This document shows positions 60,801-64,000 of a stretch of 64,000 nucleotides of DNA, piece after piece (position 1 is the stretch's first letter; each line of letters opens with the position of its first letter). The notes under the pieces were generated by a model. That model did not search any database and was not told the DNA's origin. It was given only the letters and a program-made list of their open reading frames with translations. A program made the position numbers and the translations under genes. This DNA comes from Bacteroidales bacterium UBA5762 (GTDB taxonomy: Bacteria > Bacteroidota > Bacteroidia > Bacteroidales > TTA-H9): NCBI GenBank assembly GCA_002418865.1, contig DIEY01000098.1, positions 3,421 through 67,420 on the forward strand, in the 5' to 3' direction.

Positions 60801-62059
60801 CATATAAAGACAACGAAAATCCTAAATATAACGACTGGAATATGTCGAGTTCTCCGCAAAAGCCATGGGACGCCAATGAATATTATGAGAAGGTCATAGG
60901 AGGGATGTGGGCACCTTATGGGCTTGTTGCTTACAACGATCAAAGTACGGAGGGACCTGCCTATAATGTTATTTCGAAAAACTTAGATCCATTATCAAAA
61001 ATTGCCAGTGTCGATATCGTAATTACACCTGACAAGACCAAATGGACCAGGGCTTTAGTTGTTGAAATGTGTTCCGATCCTAAACTTTCAGAAGGTGGAG
61101 TTTCACGTTTTAGTACAAGAGCTGCTCCATCAGTCAATAAAGAAGGACAGAGAGCTGATCCCGATGCGCCTCCGAGTAATAACCCCGATGATCCGAATTA
61201 TATTGGAGCAGTGGGATTTAGCTGGTTTCCTGGTTATGCCATTAACCTCGAAACAGGCGAACGCCTCAATATCATGTTTGGGGAAGATAGCTGGTTAAGC
61301 GGTCATAATGGTCGAGATATGCTCTGGAATCCTTCTGCTTCGCTTTATGACAATGATCAACCTGTTTTTGGTGGAAAACATTATGTGTATGTAATGCAGC
61401 ATACTACAATTAAGATATCAGATTCTGTCTATGCATTTCCTGCTTATGATGGCTGTCGGTATATTAGCTTAATATTGCAGCGCTTTCCTGAGAATGTCAT
61501 GAAATCGGCTGTTTATGGTAGCACAATGTGGGTAGGAATGCCTATCATGGAACCCACTCAACAACAAAACTGGCTATCAAATGAAGCCCGATTCAGAATA
61601 AGAGTTTCTAAACCTTACCTACGCTATTACTCGAGTCCTTTGCCAGCCGGAAGTACTGATACACTCAATAATAATTTCCCATTATATGAGTTTTCGACTG
61701 AAGGTTTGGAACCGGTTTACAATGATCCAGTTAAAATTCAGAAAGACCTCGATTTGATTAATATTGTTCCTAATCCATATTATGCTTATTCATCTTATGA
61801 AAACAATGCATTGGACAATAGGGTCAAATTTACTAACCTACCCCACAAATGCATTATTACGATTTACAATATGAATGGAACAATTATACGTCAATTTACA
61901 AAAGACGATCCTACCACCTTCCTTGATTGGGATTTGAAGAATTTTGCCGGAATTCCCATTGCAGGAGGGGTTTATATCGTTCACGTGAAAAGTGATGGAG
62001 GTGAACGAATTTTGAAATGGTTCGGAGCTCTGCGGCCCATCGATCTTAATACCTTCTAA
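57875..62059 (+). CDS. 1394-aa secreted protein with a T9SS C-terminal sorting domain; no catalytic domain recognised
   Basis: Signal peptide (ILLITTIASFISINMFG). C-terminal ~95 aa: IVPNPYYAYSSYENNALDNRVKFTNLPHKCIITIYNMNGTIIRQF...GGVYIVHVKSDGGERILKWFGALRP, a CTD/FlgD-Ig-like pattern. Confidence 0.8.
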   Translation: MKMYQRILLITTIASFISINMFGKEFVGNKLKQSKDVKASTAGCTGASAYQFLDINNVRCRINTGGDMWWNLDTGGGGGIPQYFIPANTTKTSLFAASLWIGGLDINDQLKLAAMRFRQVGNDYWTGPLTIDGTAAVDADVCAEYDKFFIITRAEVDEFLGWWYSTNRSEEYPGYSIPKSIMEWPAHGDPSRFQSYYLAPFYDMDGNGEYDPNQGDYPYYDIPNELCHSPVQTMEGVNGIVKGSVLADQVIKGDKTFWWVFNDKGNIHTESSGQAIGLEIRAQAFGFATNDEINNMTFYSYEIINRSTFSLTQTYFAPWTDADLGYAWDDYVGCDVLRGMGYAYNGKAVDGTGQVEAYGDQPPAVGIDFFQGPYLDPDGYDNPSFLADGVLGPSFNGDCSIVNFDSTVIVMTYGKPGEEKTGNFMVRSAAINGVNFGNGIVDDERFGMRRFVYHNNDQSVQGDPDIAPEYYNFLRGIWKDNTKMIYGGNAHPSNPGAVGPETDFMFPGDSDPCNWGTRGAPPNGGYNQNNLYWTEVTAGNSPSDRRFVQSAGPFTLEPGAVNYITFGVPWARAISGGPLASVELLRVVDDKCQALFDNCFKVLDGPDAPDLTIQELDRELLIYISNKKTSNNFREGYAERDITIKTGDSLYRFEGYQIFQLKDASVSVESIHDPAKARLIFQCDVRNGVTKLVNHYPDQAIGYSVPVVEVVGGDNGINHVFRITEDAFATGDNRLVNHKQYYYLAIAYAYNEYKKYTIEPTGLDGQKKPYLAGRKNIKVYTGIPHKTVNGLVTQSNFGDGPVITRLQGQGNGGMSLELSQATIDEILSKPMASNENTYGGEDYPIAYQLVYEAGQGPLNISVIDPLNVKKGKFSLQFVRNVEQNGVLTNAAWIMRDEEGNVYRSDSTINYYYQQLFLDLGLAVHIYQVSNPGDSLSINNGFIESSLIYADSSRRYLSGVYDNNIPSSPQNWIRSGTYKDNENPKYNDWNMSSSPQKPWDANEYYEKVIGGMWAPYGLVAYNDQSTEGPAYNVISKNLDPLSKIASVDIVITPDKTKWTRALVVEMCSDPKLSEGGVSRFSTRAAPSVNKEGQRADPDAPPSNNPDDPNYIGAVGFSWFPGYAINLETGERLNIMFGEDSWLSGHNGRDMLWNPSASLYDNDQPVFGGKHYVYVMQHTTIKISDSVYAFPAYDGCRYISLILQRFPENVMKSAVYGSTMWVGMPIMEPTQQQNWLSNEARFRIRVSKPYLRYYSSPLPAGSTDTLNNNFPLYEFSTEGLEPVYNDPVKIQKDLDLINIVPNPYYAYSSYENNALDNRVKFTNLPHKCIITIYNMNGTIIRQFTKDDPTTFLDWDLKNFAGIPIAGGVYIVHVKSDGGERILKWFGALRPIDLNTF

Positions 62060-62112
62060 TATTTTACGATATGAGAAATGCAAAACATTCAATCACTCAA
62101 AACACAAAAGGT

Positions 62113-63177
62113 ATGAAACACATTTATAGAAATATTTCCGCAATAGTTCTGGCCATTATCTTATTAATTCCAATGCAGAAAATACAGGCCGGGAATAAGG
62201 ATCGTTCTGGACAGGCAGGAGCAAGTGAACTTCTTATTAATCCCTGGGCTCGCAGCAGCGGCTGGGGTGGTGTGAATACTGCCACTGTGCATGGTCTTGA
62301 GGCTATGTTTGGCAATGTTGCTGGTGTAGCCCATACTAACAGCACAGAATTAATTTTTTCTCAAACCCAGTGGCTAAAGGGAACGGATATTACGATTTCC
62401 GCATTTGGTTTAACGCAAAGAATAAGCGAATCGGGTGTTTTAGGACTAAGCGTAATGTCGATGTCAATAGGCGATATCATGATTACCCGAACCGATTTGC
62501 CTGAGGGAGGTATTGGAACTTTTTCTCCTAGTTATCTGAATATTGGAATTTCGTACTCTCAGGCCTTTTCTTCCAGTATCTATGGAGGCATTCTCATTCG
62601 CATCATCAATGAATCCATTTCTGATGCCTCTGCGGGAGGAGTTGCTATTGATGCTGGTATTCAATATATTACAGGAGAGCAGGAAAACATTAAGTTTGGA
62701 ATTGCCTTACGAAATGTTGGCCCTACTATTTCTTTCTCTGGAGACGGTTTTGCTACTCGCGTAAGTATTCCTGGAGAAGAAACTCTGTTTACCTTGACAC
62801 AACGCCAGAATAAATTCGAATTGCCCACAACAATGAGCATTGGAGCCGCTTATGATTTTTTGTTTAGTGGTTCGAGATTTACGCTCGCCGGAAACTTTCA
62901 GTCCAATGCTTTTAGTAATGACCTTTTCATGCTCGGAGGAGAATTTTCTTTCAAGGATTATGTCATGCTGAGAGCTGGATATGCTTATGAAGATGGCATA
63001 TTCGAAGATATCGAGAGTAGTAATAAAATAACCGTTTCTAAAGGCTTCAGTGGTGGAATGACTGTTCAGATTCCCTTCAACAAGGAAAAAGGTTCAAACT
63101 TTTCGGTGGATTATTCCTATAGATCAACCGAACATTTCGACGGCACTCACACTATTGGAGTTCGTATAGCCTTATAG
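62113..63177 (+). CDS. PorV/PorQ-family (FadL-like) outer-membrane beta-barrel protein
   Basis: Signal peptide, then GASELLINPWARSSGWGGVNTATVHGLEAMFGNVAGVA (PorV-family N-terminal motif), LRNVGPTISF, and ELPTTMSIGAAYDF. The ORF is open from 62071; I prefer the ATG at 62113 (MKHIYRNISAIVLAIILL). Confidence 0.7.
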   Translation: MKHIYRNISAIVLAIILLIPMQKIQAGNKDRSGQAGASELLINPWARSSGWGGVNTATVHGLEAMFGNVAGVAHTNSTELIFSQTQWLKGTDITISAFGLTQRISESGVLGLSVMSMSIGDIMITRTDLPEGGIGTFSPSYLNIGISYSQAFSSSIYGGILIRIINESISDASAGGVAIDAGIQYITGEQENIKFGIALRNVGPTISFSGDGFATRVSIPGEETLFTLTQRQNKFELPTTMSIGAAYDFLFSGSRFTLAGNFQSNAFSNDLFMLGGEFSFKDYVMLRAGYAYEDGIFEDIESSNKITVSKGFSGGMTVQIPFNKEKGSNFSVDYSYRSTEHFDGTHTIGVRIAL

Positions 63178-63187
63178 GAATTTTTAT

Positions 63188-63195
63188 TAATTTTG
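63188..63195 (+). promoter_or_regulatory. -7 promoter box (TAATTTTG) upstream of a terminator and greA
   Basis: This is the only TAnnTTTG match between the PorV-like stop (63177) and the greA ATG (63274). Confidence 0.3.
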
Positions 63196-63210
63196 CAGCA
63201 CTAAAAAGAG

Positions 63211-63243
63211 GACCCTTTCAGCTAAAGGGTCTTCTTTTCTTTA
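63211..63243 (+). terminator. intrinsic terminator
   Basis: 8-bp stem GACCCTTT/AAAGGGTC with loop CAGCT, followed by TTCTTTTCTTTA. Confidence 0.7.
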
Positions 63244-63273
63244 TTCTATCAACTTAAGTTAATTGATTACAAA

Positions 63274-63747
63274 ATGAGTGATATTCAATATTACACAAAA
63301 GAAGGCCTAGAGACTTTGAAACAACAACTCGAATACCTAACCTCGGTCGAAAGGCCGCGAATTTCTCAGATGATTGCCGAAGCTCGCGATAAGGGTGATC
63401 TATCGGAAAATGCGGAATATGACGCCGCTAAGGAACAGCAAGGATTATTAGAACTAAAAATTTCGAAATTGCAGAATCTGATTCTGAATGCTCGAATCAT
63501 AGACGATTCAAATATAGATATCAATCAGGTTTCTCTTTTTACTACTGTTAGACTTAAAGATTTGAAAACAGGTGCCGTTACTTCTTATTCAATAGTTCCT
63601 GAAAGCGAGGCCAATATAAAGACAGGCAAGATTTCGGTGTCTTCGCCTATTGCTAAAGGTTTGCTGGGACATAAGGCAAAAGAAGAAGTTAGGGTAGATG
63701 TACCTGCAGGAACTTTACATTTTCAGATTCTTGATATAAGCCGATAA
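63274..63747 (+). CDS. greA: transcription elongation factor GreA
   Basis: YYTKEGLETLKQQLEYL..RP....IAEARDKGDLSENAEYDAAKEQQ (the acidic tip DLSENAEYDAAKE), plus the C-terminal FKBP-like domain. Confidence 0.95.
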   Translation: MSDIQYYTKEGLETLKQQLEYLTSVERPRISQMIAEARDKGDLSENAEYDAAKEQQGLLELKISKLQNLILNARIIDDSNIDINQVSLFTTVRLKDLKTGAVTSYSIVPESEANIKTGKISVSSPIAKGLLGHKAKEEVRVDVPAGTLHFQILDISR

Positions 63748-63758
63748 TTTTAATCGAT

Positions 63759-64000
63759 ATGCCTAGTATTTTTTCAAAAATTGTCAATGGAGAAATTCCT
63801 GCTTACAAAGTGGCAGAAACTGATGACTATTTAGCCTTTCTTGATATCAATCCACTTTGCAAAGGCCACACTCTGGTCATTCCTAAGAAAGAAGTAGATT
63901 ATATTTTCGATTTGAGCGATAATGACTTGCAAGGCTTGATTATCTTTGCCAAGAAAGTAGCAAAAGGCATCGAAAAAACTATTCCCTGTAAGCGAATTGG
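63759..64000 (+). CDS. HIT-family protein (5' part; runs off the window)
   Basis: MPSIFSKIVNGEIPAYKVAETDDYLAFLDINPLCKGHTLVIPKKE is a typical HIT/HinT N-terminus. The HxHxH motif would lie beyond position 64000. Confidence 0.8.
   Translation, partial: MPSIFSKIVNGEIPAYKVAETDDYLAFLDINPLCKGHTLVIPKKEVDYIFDLSDNDLQGLIIFAKKVAKGIEKTIPCKRI

Noticed and set aside
57875-62059. The large gene upstream of the PorV-like gene might be PorU (the T9SS sortase), as in canonical porU-porV pairs.
   Set aside because: I saw no gingipain/C25-like catalytic His or Cys motifs and no PorU-like N-terminal architecture. The similarity is limited to having a CTD. It is treated as an unknown cargo instead.

Overview
This is an AT-rich chromosomal core segment from a Bacteroidota-type bacterium. 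The phylum call rests on T9SS C-terminal sorting domains, a PorV/PorQ-family barrel, a CarboxypepD_reg-type TonB-dependent receptor, recurrent TAnnTTTG -7 promoter boxes, almost no Shine-Dalgarno sites, and Bacteroidota-typical DUF proteins. I support about 50 protein genes, most of them housekeeping: nadD, tag, era, der, hslR-like, rlmI, rpmH (absent from the ORF track), pepD, rsmG, ppnP, rnhB, dnaX, prfB (with the classical +1 frameshift), recX, gyrB, pyrC, pyrF, prfA, pdxJ, purC, phoH and greA. There is one initiator-like tRNA-Met(CAT) and several intrinsic terminators. I saw no rRNA, CRISPR array, prophage, or recognisable defence or toxin genes. Five places look accessory or unusual. (1) A 9-kb outer-membrane operon at 54.1-63.2 kb encodes an oversized TonB-dependent-receptor-like barrel, a 1394-aa T9SS-CTD protein with no domain I can name, and a PorV/PorQ-family barrel. 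(2) A His-rich secreted protein is divergently paired with a two-component system, and four helically phased GTTAA repeats sit between them. (3) A T9SS cargo gene carries two in-frame stops confined to its signal peptide. (4) Abutting IS remnants lie at 38.0-38.6 kb. (5) An orphan terminator with hairpins lies downstream of dnaX and is a small-RNA candidate. Everything here comes from reading the sequence and from motif memory. No database search was run, so family names for DUF-type proteins are tentative. Most of the window is ordinary core genome.
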